DNA from: Oikopleura dioica
Taxonomy: Eukaryota > Animalia > Chordata
DNA length: 64,000 nt
Assembly (NCBI GenBank): GCA_907165135.1
Contig: OU015568.1
Span: forward strand, 15,945,208-16,009,207
Reading direction: 5' to 3'
Part shown: positions 27,416-40,394 of the stretch, piece by piece
Layout: each line of letters starts with the position of its first letter
How positions within the stretch are numbered: position 1 is the stretch's first letter
The notes under the pieces: model-generated
What the model saw: only the letters and a program-made list of their open reading frames with translations
Database searches by the model: none
What the model was told of the DNA's origin: nothing
Translations under genes and position numbers: made by a program

Positions 27416-28835
27416 CTAAGTAAGTAAATATTCCTCTGAATATAAAGTTCCCCAAAAAAGAGAGTAAAAACGTCTCACAAAGATAAATCTCCTCTCCTTA
27501 TCTACAGGTGCATTCGGATTCTCCTGTTCATAAAACTTCTTCAACAGATTGATGCAACGTTCTTGTGCTAGCGGACCAATCGATATAAATGGATCGCGAA
27601 AGAGCCCCATATCAGTTCGATTGTGTACTGAATACTGTCCTTGAGTGGGTATGCGGCGTGAAAATACTCATGTCAAATTTGTTCTCGTAAGCGAAGCAAT
27701 TAAGCTCTGTAAATCCTTTGGGAAGGGCCTTTGTCAATAACGCAGGCGTTGCGTACTGTATCTATGCTTTAATACCTGATAAGACCGAGCCACATCCTCT
27801 TTCGCGGATTGTTCCCTTCTCTGTTTATATATGCAACTTTGACTTTAGTTTCTACTGTAAGGAAGAACCCTTTCCCGAATCTGTCATTACAGGCGCCGTA
27901 GACGACTCGTCCAAATTGACTGAAAAAAATTTTTGAAGAAATCTCGAATGAAGTACAGTGGCCTTGGAGCATTCAAATCAAACAGTTTTAATGGAGCCAT
28001 AAACCCCAAGATAACATGTCTGCAGACGAGTGGGCCAATATTTATGACTTCTTCTTCTATTCATTTCACTTACCATATTCTCAAGGCACTCAGAGCATGT
28101 TCTCAATCATTCGCAAATAAATAAAAGGATACGGGATAAATAATTGATTGAATGACTTTGAACAATGTTCCTAGCGCACATAATACAGGGTTCGAGGGTA
28201 ACATACAACGTCGATCTTCACGAATGGGAATTAAAAAATGTTAAATGTTTGGATTATTATTTTATTACTTCCCCTATCCTATGAAAAACAAAAGCAGGCG
28301 CCTTTCCTATCGAGGAACAAAATTCCTTCGCTTGTTCTATTGCTGAAAACTCTGCATGCTTGATTAAGGGATGCGCACTAGTTCAAATAAACGCGGATTA
28401 ACCTTAATCGTATCATTATAATGCCAATAGACTGTTCGATCAGAATGATCAATATTTAACAAGCGAGTTACAAGAGCATTCCGCGATTACAGACGATTAT
28501 TGTCTGTGCGCGTCCCATTCTTTGTCGCGTTTTTGTCTGCTTGCGGTTAGAAAAAAAAACGAAAGAATTGAGGATTATTCTAAGAATTATTTCTGACCGT
28601 TTCCTTCGTTGGAATTGTTGGAGCCCTTTCCGATCTCCTGATTTTCGTAAACAATGAGACATCCTACAGGCACTTCTCCTCTCCCAAACGCCTCTTTTGA
28701 GGATTAATTAAATACCGTCGTCTTTGATTCCGTGCATCCGGATGTATTAAAAACAGATCCCGTTCCTTCCGCATACAAAAATGTTTTCTCAAGCCAGTAA
28801 AAGTCATCCGAACTAGTGGCGTGTGCACTTGTCAT
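27416..28835 (-). CDS. ADAT2: tRNA-specific adenosine deaminase 2 (several GA-AG introns; 3' end approximate)
   Basis: EVPVGCLIVY, HAEFSAIE, TLYVTLEPCIMCA, VVYGACNDRFGGCGSVL, LKKFYEQENPNAP. Confidence 0.88.
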
Positions 28836-29906
28836 TTTTTCACCAGTCGTATACGTCATGTGATGGTGATTTCTCGAACTCAGCGTTAGTTTCGCCGTGA
28901 TCACTGTTTGTTTTGCGCTTTTGTGGGGTTCACTTAGGTCCGTTGCGCGTAACTCAGCTTTGAAATCAACGATTATTTTCAATAAATACGGATCCAGTTC
29001 CGTAATTGAACCCGTTCTCAAAAGATCCTTCAACTGCGTAACTCTTAAAAAGTGATTTTAGCTGATTAATTACCAATTAGTCAGTCAAAGAAGCTTTGAA
29101 TCAGACTAAAGTCTTCTTAGATGAGGATCAATCAAAATTTACGGGTCTGAAGCGGAGGGTGAAGACAAGGAGGAAACACCGAAAACATGGGAGTTAATTA
29201 TCAATAGTAACAACACCTGCATATTAAAAACTACAGCTAGCACCTTTGAGTCAACATGCAAACCTGCTGGAAAGATATTTCTCTTGCGCGTTCTTGATTT
29301 TCTTTTTTCCACTCTTTGTATTTCCAGTAAGTTTATCTCTTTGTTTTGTTAAATGGCTGAATTCCTCTTCTGGCAGCGGGACAAAAATGATTTTGCTGGA
29401 TTGAAGAAAATTCAGATAATTCAAGAGAAAGAAGAGAAACTGGACAAATACAATCGCACATTCTCTTCGCGAGCTTATTTAACGAAAACGTTATTCTACG
29501 AGTTTGTTCAATCCCAGATTTCGCTTTCTAAGCTCCTTTTCTAATTGTTCAATTTCCTTCAGAAGCTCTGACACTGGGCTGAGTGCTTCGGCCTATTTTC
29601 ATCTGAAGTGCTATTTCGAGAGCCCATTCCGTTTATTCGTGACATTCGCTCAAAATCACCATGGATTTTCACCGACGAGTGATAAAAAGAAGCACACAAC
29701 AAGACAACTAAATAGCAAGGATTTCAGTAGACCACACTTTTACAATCAATATGGTCGGCTGGCTTGAGGTTTTGTGAGGAAAACGGGTTGTTTATTCAAT
29801 TTGGAAAATATATGGGTGCTTGGTAATTGGAACTTATAGGAAGATAAGGGCAGTAAGTGAAGAAAAATAGAAAAATACTTTGTTGTTTCTGACGATCAAC
29901 GAGTCA

Positions 29907-31051
29907 TTAATCAGCTGGGTCGTTGATGCCAGCTTCAGTGATTGCAAAAGTTGCCTCAGACTCAGGCATGTCAGGAGAGTCATAAATCTTGGCAACGCGG
30001 AGCTCGCCACGTCCTTTGCGGAGCTAAAATTAAATGATTTATTGATAAACTACTGGCCTTGACATTTTACCATTATTCGAGTTTGAGAGGCGTGGGCAAG
30101 GATGTTGCCTCCAACGGGTTTCTTCGGGTCGATCTGGAAGGTCATTCCAGCGCCGGGATCAGCAGTCATTTGGTTGGTGATGTAGACGACTACGTTGTAT
30201 TCTTCGCTAGAGTTTTTTGTTAGAACAATCGTCGGAGTTATAAAAGAAACCTGATCTTTTGAACCTTGCTGAGCATCTGAGCCAGCTTTTGTTGCCGCTC
30301 AGAGAGCTCTCCTCGTCCACTAAAGTCGACGCGAAAGAGGCCAATGATGGAATCAATCACGAGCAACTTGAATACTCCTGGCTCTGAGTAAAACTGCGCC
30401 GCGACGAGATCTAGGAGCTCCATTTGATGCTCGCTCGTGAATGCTCTCGCGTAGACGACATTTTGGAGAATGGCATCGGCGTCGAGGTTGAATCTAGCAG
30501 CGATAGGGCGGAGTCGGTCCGGTCGGAATGTATTTTCAGTGTCGATGTACGCGACCTTGCCTCCAGAATGACCAATGCCGGGCATTTGTGTAGTGACGCA
30601 AAGTGTATGCGCCAATTGCGTCTTTCCAGTTCGAAACTCGCCGAATACTTCGGTGATGGCCATGGACTCAATCCCACCACCAAGAATTCGATCAAGCTCG
30701 GTCGAGCCAGTCGAAATCTTGAAACAGGCTTTGCGTTTTTCAGCGAAGTCGTAGCCCGTGATAAAGTTATCGGCCTCTGAAACATAGAAAATCAGCATCA
30801 AAATGATTGAATGAATGAAATTTACCTAATTTGTTCGCAGCTTCTTTAATCTTGTCGACTTTGGCTTCAGAGATGCCTTTGATCTCGCAAAGACGCTTCT
30901 TGGTGATCATCTTCAATCCTCGCACGGTGCAAATTCCAGCCGACTTGATCTTGTTGATATCCGAGGCGTTGATGCCTTGCTGCTGGAGTGCGTCGATGTC
31001 CTGAATGACATGAAGAGATTCGACCTCCGAGAGACACTCTTCTTCCATCAT
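29907..31051 (-). CDS. DMC1: Meiotic recombinase DMC1
   Basis: [77 protein letters not shown]. Confidence 0.96.
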
Positions 31052-31200
31052 TTTTGCGAAGTCTTAAAAACCAAAGTGAAATTTTTATCCCATAAATTAG
31101 TTATTTATAGCAGGACAAGTTGGCCAGTGCATGAGAATAAAACAGTCACAGTTGCTTACAGAAATAATTTTCCTACATAAAACCTATCACATGACTTCAT

Positions 31201-34200
31201 TTAGTCAGTAAAGTAAACCAATCGATCAAAGACTTCCTGCTTTCCGATAAACACTTTCTTTTCGTCGACGTTGATGCTGAACTGCTCGCCGTCTTCGACT
31301 TGAACCTTTCCTTTCATAATTTCATTCAAGTTTGGAATTCGTCTACTAGCTTCGTAGCTATCGTACCGGTAAATTCGCACTTGGCTCGTTTCTAGAGAAT
31401 AAGCGGTAAAAATAGATATGGGTCTGATAAAAACAACCTTTCTTTTGCTGCTTGGCGATGGTCTGTCTCAGTTGGGCAACTGAGTCGCCTTCTTTTACAT
31501 TCATAAAGACTGAGAACTGTCCAGAACCAGGCTGGGCATTCACGCATTCAAAGTGAACTGATGGAACTTTGAAAAAATTGTATGTAGGGTGGCCAGGGTA
31601 TGTGTTTTCTTGGATGACATTGTCGCCTTCCGATGAATATTTAATCTAAAAGTATATAAAGCGCGGGAACGTAAAATCGATTGCTTACGTCGATGCCAAG
31701 TTCAAGCGCGCTGGTCATGTAGCCCATGCTCTCATTTAAGACCTTCATCTCGTCAAAAGGACTTGTCAAATCCAGCGCTCGCTTTCCAATAGCCTCGTGC
31801 CGCTCCTTGACCATTTGGATGTAGGGCATGACTTTTTTCATGTACTTTTTGACGTCTGGCTCGGTCTTCATTCGAGCAGCGATCGCCTTGTTGTCAAAGA
31901 ACTCGCCATTTTTCTCTAAGCCTTCTCTGAGTACGCCGAGGCAGACTCGTTGCCAGGCTGGGTATTCTTTCGCAACGTAAACCGTGCAGTTTGTTGGCGT
32001 TTCTGCTGGCGCCTTGCCCTTCTTTGGCTGGAGTCGGTCCTTGAGTTTGAGTCGGACGTCTCGAACCGTCTCGGCCAAGAACTCAGACGACTCGATCAGA
32101 ATTGGATCGTATTCGAGAATCTCTGGGAACGGAGTTGAAACAGCAAAGCCCTTCTTTCCTGTAATCTCCCAGACTTCTTCGGCGATGTGAGGACAAATCG
32201 GGCAAATAAGGAGAGTTTGGACTTCGATGAATCGGTCGACCAGCTTGGCGTTCATTCCCTCGGCTCCACAGATCTCTCTGTACTTGTTCAGGACGCCCTG
32301 AAGAATGTAAAAGCCTTCCTTCATCGCCTCTTTGTAAAGCATCTTCGAGTAAGCAGCGTCAGTAAGTTTGACCGCACGGCGCATTTCGTGCTCAAAGACG
32401 CGGTCAATCAAGCGCTCGTCAGTAGGGCCGTCTTTTAGGATAAGCTGCGGCTTTTTGTTTGCAACATCGGTTACGAAGTCGATCCAGTTGTAGAGACGAA
32501 GGACAGCGCCATCAGCAGTCTTGTCGACAAAGTTGGCGTCTTCAACAGAGTCACCAGCGTCAGCAAGGGCCAATCGCATACCATCAGCGGAATACTTTTC
32601 GATAGCGTCGGTGAGAGTAAGGAAGTTGCCTGTTGACTTGGACATCTTCTCGCCGTTCAAGAGCAAGTGTCCGTTTGCTCGAACAGACTGCGGCCACTTG
32701 GTCTTGTCGTTTTCCCACATGGCCACGTGATTGTAGAGGAAGTACGTCAAGTGATTTTGAACAAGATCCTTTCCGGAGACACGGCAATCTACTGGGTACC
32801 AGTAGTTGAATTCGTTCTTCATTTTTTCAAGGACGTCAGACTTGATGGCAGTTGTTGGTTTCTGTCCGTTGAGGAAGATGTAGTCCCAAACTTCGGGAGT
32901 CATATCTTCAGCTTTGACACCGAATGGAGAGCCCGCTTGTCCGTTGAAGTTGGGCGAGTACTGGCCATCCTTGTAGGTTCCTCCTTGGAGAATATGCGCG
33001 ACGGTGTAGTACGCCATGTAAATCGTCGAGTCTGAGAGCGATTCAATGAGCCAGTACTCGTCCCACGGCAGCCGCGTGCCCAGACCATACGTGCGAGAGC
33101 ATGCGTGCTCGCGAAGCCAGTCGACTGTTTTGTTGAAATTATTGCGAACATCGGATGAATAGAGTTCCATGCCTTCGAGGCACTCCTCGATCTTCTTTCG
33201 CCACTCGGGCTCGCCATAGTCCAAGTACCACTGATCGCAAATGGCGACGACGCACTCGTCTCCCGCTCGGGAAATGATTTGTTTCTCGGGCTCGAGGTAC
33301 TTGATTGCTTCCTTGGATGCGATCATATCGGCCTTGATTGCGTCCTTGCATTTCTGAATCTGGGTGCCAGCATATTTGCCAACGTTGAGGACGCCCTCGT
33401 AGAATCCTTTGAGGTAGACTTCTTCTTTTGCCTCCATAAGTTTGGCGCTGTCGTTTTGTGACTTGACCTTGTGTTTCTTGCATGCCTCGACGGCCGAGAG
33501 CGATCCGTAACCAGGAACTTCAATGATCGGAACAGGATCGAAAGGAAGGACCATTTCGTCGGTGATTCCATACTTTTGCCTCAATGGCTCTACACATGCA
33601 TAAACTACTCGAGTAACTCAAAAATCAAACCTTTGTTTTTCAAATCAGTAAGAGCAGCAAAATCATCAGGAGCGTCCGATGGCACTGACGTTACAACACC
33701 AGTACCCTTGCCTTCTTTGATTGTGAGCATAGGAAGAGCATAGACATGATCGTAGTGAGAAAGTGGCGCCTTCAACTTTGCTCCCATCAAGTCGCGTCCT
33801 GAACATTTTTTCTAGAGACGCGGTTTTGACATAAAGAGTTGCGCATTAAAATCAACCCCCACATTTTCTAGAGCAGATTCCAAGACCAAGTTTACAAGAC
33901 GAGGGATCATTATTAGGAGCGATGCTTCGACCAGAAGTCACAGAGAAAAAGTAGAAATCCTATCTTTAGCATTTAAAATTGAGCTTATTTTTCAGAAGCA
34001 GTCAACTTACGAGATCCCCTTCACCAAAGGCACCTGAAATTAAAATATCTGTGGAAGTTCAAGAAGCAACACAGGAATTTGCGCCGACTGAAAAGCCACT
34101 TTTGAGTACTCAATATGGATGGGAGGAACTTCAATATGAGAAAACGGCGGAAAGCGTTGAATCCGAAAAACCTAAAGAAGCGACGCGAAGACGTGCATTC

Positions 34201-36175
34201 AATCGAAATCAAAATCAATCTCTCAATCAATTCCAGTAGGTCTTATCCTCAGAAATTAGATTATAAGACGTCTTTATTAGGACTTTAACAGCGATTACAA
34301 AACAGAAGAAAAAGATGGGCGATGGGAATTTCAAACAGCGTCTTCTTAGCAACACTGCATTGAAACAACTCAAAATGGACGATCAAGGTACCCTGGGATA
34401 GTGATTTCAAAACTTATATGCATAAACTTAGCGACGACACCGAGAAAGAGATTCCAGAATGCAGTACGACGCGTCGTCAATGAAATTCGATTCACGAAGC
34501 TTTTCGGCCATGTGAAGAAAACTGAGCTGGAAAAGATTGCAAGAAATGCGAACCATGCGCTCTTTTTGAACAGAAAAGAGCAGTCGCAAAAGGTCGATAT
34601 CGAAATGATGCTGAAGCTTGAGATAAAAGAAACTGCCCTGAGAGTGCTTGAAAAGACCGAGGTATTAGTTTTGAGTATTTGTTGATCGATTAGCTTTCTT
34701 TCAGTCCGCGTATAAGAAAATATTCTGGAATAGAATCTATCCATCGGATGAGTTCAAGGAATTTGTCCGGGAAGTCACCGAAAAGAAGAATCAATACCGC
34801 ACCGAGCTAAATACTCAAGCTGTGGAAACGAAAGAGTACACCGGTGCATTCGGTCGACGAAAAACAAGAGTAACCGCGTTCGGTCACGACGATGACGAAG
34901 AGGATTTCACAGCTGATAGTTACTTGTCAGAAGAATTCACGCAAGACAGCAAAAAGAAAAAAGGTGCCTTTAACTTATTCGCGTCGAATTCTCGCAAATA
35001 ACTCTTCTGCCATTTAATAAACGCACTCAATTTAAAATTACCTGGAATGAGACAAACGGGCTTGACCTCCTTGTCTAATTTCAAAAGCTCTTGGAATGCC
35101 ATGTTTCTAGCAGCGCGTTGAGTACAGACGAATACGGAGCCATCACGGGCTTCAACGGCTACGTAACTAAAAAAGCATTATCGGATGAAAAATGTTCTTG
35201 ATTTACGTGATATCAGGTGAAATCCAGCAGTTTGTCTGTCCATACATGGTTTCTGGCCTGAGAGTAGCGGCGACAAAGAAGACGTTTTTGCCAGCGAACT
35301 GTGGGACTTTTGAGTTGTCCATCAAGTCGACGAGCTTCATTTTGATGAGAGTGTATTCCTGAGGTCCGACACCTTCGCCCGAAGCTCGATCGTGATCCAT
35401 ACAGGGCTGATCTGTCTTGGGAGAGAAAATGGACGGTCGTTTACCGAAAGCAATCTTCTTCTTTGCTTTCAAATGCTTGAATTGCCATCGCACAAACGAG
35501 TCATAATAGGGATTTCGATCGGTAGTGATGAACGATCGTCGCCAATCTGTTTTGAGTCCCATCTTCTTCAAATCGTCCATCGCCATAGGAGGGAAATAAT
35601 TGAGCCAGGTATCGTACTCGGCGAATTTGGCGATCTCGTCATCCTGAAAGCCGAGGGCCTGCATGATCTGCCATTGATACTTGGCGGATCCTTGTTTGGC
35701 AACAGCCTTTGACTTCTTTCCTTTCGACTTGTCGACGATCTTGATTTCCTTTACTTCTTCTTTGATTTCTTCCACAGCGGTTGGGAAGACGGGTGGGCAG
35801 CCAAAGTCTTGCATTTCACGCTTGATCTTGTCGGAAGCGGCTGCAATTGGCATTCCTGTGCAGTGAAAGCCGAATGGGAAGAAGGCGTTTCTGCCTTTCA
35901 TTCGCTGGTAGCCAGTGTCGAACTCGCATTTTGTAATGGTGAAAGTGTGGCCAAGATGAAGTCGACCGTTCATGTATGGGTAGGGGAAACAGGTAAAGTG
36001 CTTTTCCTGGTTCCATTCGGCCGTGCCAGGCTTAGGAGCATTTGCCTCAAAGACTAAACGTGGCAGTTAGAGAAAATTCAATGGATTTCAAAAGAAAACC
36101 TTTAGATTCGTCCCATCTTTTCTGGTGCTTGGCTTCAAGCTGCTTGCAAGCCACAACCTTCTTCCTTTCCCCCAT
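31201..36175 (-). CDS. LARS1: Cytosolic leucyl-tRNA synthetase (5' end approximate; 1243-bp intron at 33799-35041)
   Basis: [14 protein letters not shown] (HIGH-like), [43 protein letters not shown]. Confidence 0.97.
33922..35001 (+). CDS. Orphan 300-aa gene nested antisense in the LARS1 intron. Exons 33922-33950, 33996-34235, 34281-34387, 34432-34661, 34705-35001.
   Basis: Four GT-AG introns of 43-45 nt join into one 903-nt ATG-to-TAA frame. Confidence 0.75.
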
Positions 36176-36413
36176 TCTAAACGCGCGCTCAAAAACAAAA
36201 GTACTCGACCCGGTACGAACCTTATCTTGGCTGTACGAAAAGAAAACAGTTGTTGTCTCACAAGCGACAAAAGGCGTTGGTGAGCCAGTCTAAGTCGTTA
36301 TGTTTCAGTAAAAGAGGGAGTAAGGGGATTTCATTCGTGTTTCGTTCAATATCAGTTGCAGTTCAATATTCAAAAAAAGTACAGTTTTATGTATCGTCAC
36401 TCTGGTTTTCCAT

Positions 36414-38874
36414 CTAGCGCATTTTACCGCCTCGCTTCTTTTTTGATATCATCCTTTCTTTCCTGCCATCTTTTTCGCCCTTTCTCTTTACTCCAGCAAC
36501 TCCGATATCTAAAGTCCGTTTAATAAAGTGCTCGTAAATACGATTTGAATCACATGATGAAATGTGATATCACATAGAAAAAAGATGATGAAATATAACA
36601 ACGGCATACACTCACCAACCCATGGAGGTGTGTCAAAGCCAAAACTTTTTGCCACTTTCTTCAAATCCAACGTTTGCACTTCGAAGACATTCCTCAAGCT
36701 ATGAGAGGCATATGCTCTCACGCAACTTTTGTATCCTTCTTTCGCCGACTAAAAATGCGTTACTGACTGAAAAATACAGTAGCAAAGGTGAAAAGTTATT
36801 GCGGAAAGATGCGAAAGTGATAGCAACTAATGTTGGATGCTTACTGGTATGTTATCGATGATAAAAAGGAAATGATTTATAATCACATCCTTTAGATACC
36901 CGCACATGTTTTATATGGCGGAAATGATTACCTGATTCAAGTAATAATTCGTTTTCAGCAGTTTTTCAAGCTGATTTTGGATGTTTGCCACCTTCGACTC
37001 TTGAATTGTAAATTCAGAGAGGGGAACTTTCGCTTTCTTCAAATAGAGCAGAAAGCCAATTTCTGCCGGTCTAAGAAAGAGAAGAGCATGGCCTTTGCTC
37101 TTGCTGTCTCCACGACAAGCTCGACCGACTCTGAAGATATTTTTCAGCAAAAGAAATGGAAAAGCTTGTGCTTACCGGTGGATGTATTCTTTGGGATCAT
37201 CTGGGGGATCGTACTGGACAATCCAATCGACGGCTGGGATATCCAAACCTCGAGCAGCGACGTCAGTACAGAACATAATGCCTGTTTCAGCGTTACAGAA
37301 CTGGAAGTAGGTCGAAGTTCGCTTCGACTGCTTCTGTTTTCCGTGAATTGAGAGGACAGGGATATCGATGTAGTTGAAGAGCTAATAAAAGAAATAGTGA
37401 AGAAGAGGAAGATCTCTATTACCTCATAGTGGAATTTGACGCTCATGCAAGAGGAGAAAAAGACCATGATCTTCTTCTTCTTGTTTTTCTTCAGGAAGGT
37501 GTATAGAATTCGTATCCTCGCGTCGCCTTCTGACATAACATATCCTTGTTCGAGCATTTCAGAGGTCGCCGTGGATTTGTCATCATCAACGCCAATGTAG
37601 ACGGGAACTTTCTTTAGAGAAATTCTAGCCAAGTCTTCGATTTTCTTCGTTTGAGTGGCACTAAACGCAATTTTTATTCATTTTCTAAAGGTGAAACTAA
37701 CCTGAAAAGCATCGTCTGTCGTTTTTTGGGAATGAGCTTGACAATCGACTTCATTTCTTCCTCGAATCCGACTTCGAGAATTCGATCGGCCTCATCAATA
37801 CAGAAACACATCAGATTCTTGACCATAAAGTTGGCAGTGTTCTGAAGATGATCAAGAAGACGACCAGGGGTGGCGACAAGGATGTTGATTCCGTTCTGCA
37901 GCTTCTTGGCTTCGGCCTTTCTGTCTGAGCCACCCATGATGAGACCAAATGTTTGCGAGTGGTTCTCCATCAATTCTTTCAAGACACCGAAGGTCTGCAT
38001 CGCCAATTCACGAGTGGGGGAAAGGATAATCGCGCCGGTTCCATTTCGATTCATGAATTTTAACTGGAAACTATTAGGTATCACTATTAGAGATAAACTT
38101 TTACCTTTGTGATAAGCTCTACAATGGGCACCAAAAAGGCCAAAGTTTTTCCAGAACCAGTCTTTGCAGCTGCGAGAACATCTTTGCCAGTGAGGAGATG
38201 AGGGATCGAGCGGGCTTGAATAGGCATCATGTTTGAGTAACCCATTCCTTTCGTGATAGCCTCAAGAGTCTTCTCGGAGACCTTTTCTGATAACGAGTCC
38301 CAAGATGTATCCACTTCTTTGTTCAGATCAATTTTCCTGACCTTCAGGCCACCGTGAGTATCTCTTTGAAAGAAATAAAATAAATTCAGAAGGGTTAACA
38401 AACCTGATGTACTCATCGTCATCATTCGAAGGTGCAGAAAGACCAACACTTTCGAGCGGCTCTTCTTGGCCGATTTCGACTTCATTCTGTTCATTTTCGG
38501 CTTCAGAAGTTTCTTCTTCCTCTGACTCCTCCTTTGGGGGCTCTACCTTTGGCTGAGCCTTCTTCTTTGGCTTTTTCTCGGGAAGAACCTCATGTTTTTC
38601 TTCTGATGATTCACCGAGTAATTTAGCCTGAAATCAACGATGAGAACAAAGCAGGTGTGAAAAAGATATGAGATAATACCAAAATATCAATAGCGATAAA
38701 CGCATTTTTACAAATCAACAAATACTTCAATCAAGCCGATAATAGCTACTCATTTTTAGATTGTTATTTTCACATGACTCATTCCAAATTAGACTCATAT
38801 GAAATCAACAAGGAGTTTACCTGGAGAAGCTTCTTTCGATTCTTCTTTAGCTGCCTTCGCGTTGCCGCATCCAT
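36414..38874 (-). CDS. DDX18: DEAD-box RNA helicase DDX18/HAS1
   Basis: [58 protein letters not shown]. Confidence 0.95.
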
Positions 38875-40394
38875 TTCTGAAAGTTTTGAGTTGTAGACAA
38901 ATTCTATAACGGCGTCAGGAATTAAATTCGTTAACAAAAAGGAAAACGAACCACGAATTCGCTGCTTGTTGAGAATATGACCATCAACGTTAGGGTATAC
39001 TTGAACAGACAGCAAGAGGCTTTTCTTATGAAATAATCGACTAACGAACTTATTTTACATAAGACACGGAAAGTTAACTATTGACAGTAAAAAATTTAGA
39101 TGAATATGAGATATGATGAATTCATGAAAATATATTGCCAACAGCTACTGTAAATATAGTAATTCAAAAAAGGAGTTGACGTGTGTTATAAATTTATTCG
39201 CTGGGAATAACTCGTCCCATTAATGTTCGGAAAAATAAAATGATTTTAAGACGGACTTGATTTTCTTGAGAGATAAAGCTTTATTTCTGAATTTGATAGG
39301 CGAAATTATGAAAAAATATAAAACGAAATACTCCACTTAGGGCTTGACGGGCAAAAAATTTAATTGCTCAAGTTGACGTCTAATTGATGTCTCAAACAGA
39401 TTTGCTGAATCCACAAGGATGATTCTTCATTCGAGCTTTCAAAAATTGAGAATTGGCAGTCGAGGATTCGAAGCAAAGTGAAGGTATATTTATTCTAGCC
39501 AAGGAAAATGGAAAGGCCAAAAGGTCGATGCCAAGATTTGATAAAAATGGGTGCTGCGAAAATTGCTAGAAGGAAAAATATACTATCATCGACTGTAATT
39601 GAAATGAGGTTAGGCAGCGGGGTTACAGCGATATTCTTTTTCTGTTTTAGTGAGTATGACTCGCGCCAGTTATGATTCTTATATCATGATGAAAACGGTA
39701 TAATGTGTATTTCTTGTTGCGAAATAAAACTCCAAATAGATATGTGAATTTAATAATAATCGTATATCCGTCTTTCTCATGACTCAAAAATATATGCCGG
39801 CTAAGTGCGAGTGCTAACAAATTCAGGGTCTAAACGAAAGACAGAATGGGTAGCGTTGTAGTACACTGTAATATGTATTTACTGTATAAGCTGTTTGGTT
39901 GAACTCGGACGGAAATCTTCTTTAGCCTAGATTAGGTAACATAATTTCAGGGACAAGGATATGGTTATGTAATGAGTTACAGGGAGAGTGGCTGTGCGCT
40001 AACTAAAAAACGTTAAAAAGAGAAAGGTTAGAGAAAAAAAATGGTGGAGGCAAGCATTGGTCAGAAATCAACATTTACGACAAGGGGAGATGAGTGGTAA
40101 AAGTGAAAAAGACAGTTTGTGTTGTGAAATTTTTTCCAGAACATTTTTTAGTTGTTGATTTCGTTTTACAAAGCAGTGTTTCAATAAAAAGAATTTACAA
40201 TATTTCGATAGAAAGGAGGATCAGTTTTTTTAATCGATTTATTTCTGTAGGGACGACCAGGGACGTCAGATGGGATGGGAATTCGAATAATTTTTTATAC
40301 TTCGTCGAAAAACGACACCGGAAGGGGAGTTTAAGTTGGCGTTAATGGATATTTTGTTTTGACCATCATTTCCATGGAGCATGGCGTTCTTTCA

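Noticed and set aside
28836-29760. Possible small gene(s) between ADAT2 and DMC1, including the 5' part of ORF 28704-29033 and ORF 29353-29544
   Set aside because: Coding-like patches exist, but I could not assemble a consistent exon chain or recognise a family.
36520-36930. snoRNA in the longer DDX18 introns
   Set aside because: ATGATGA motifs are on the wrong strand, and no matching CTGA D box or H/ACA architecture was found.
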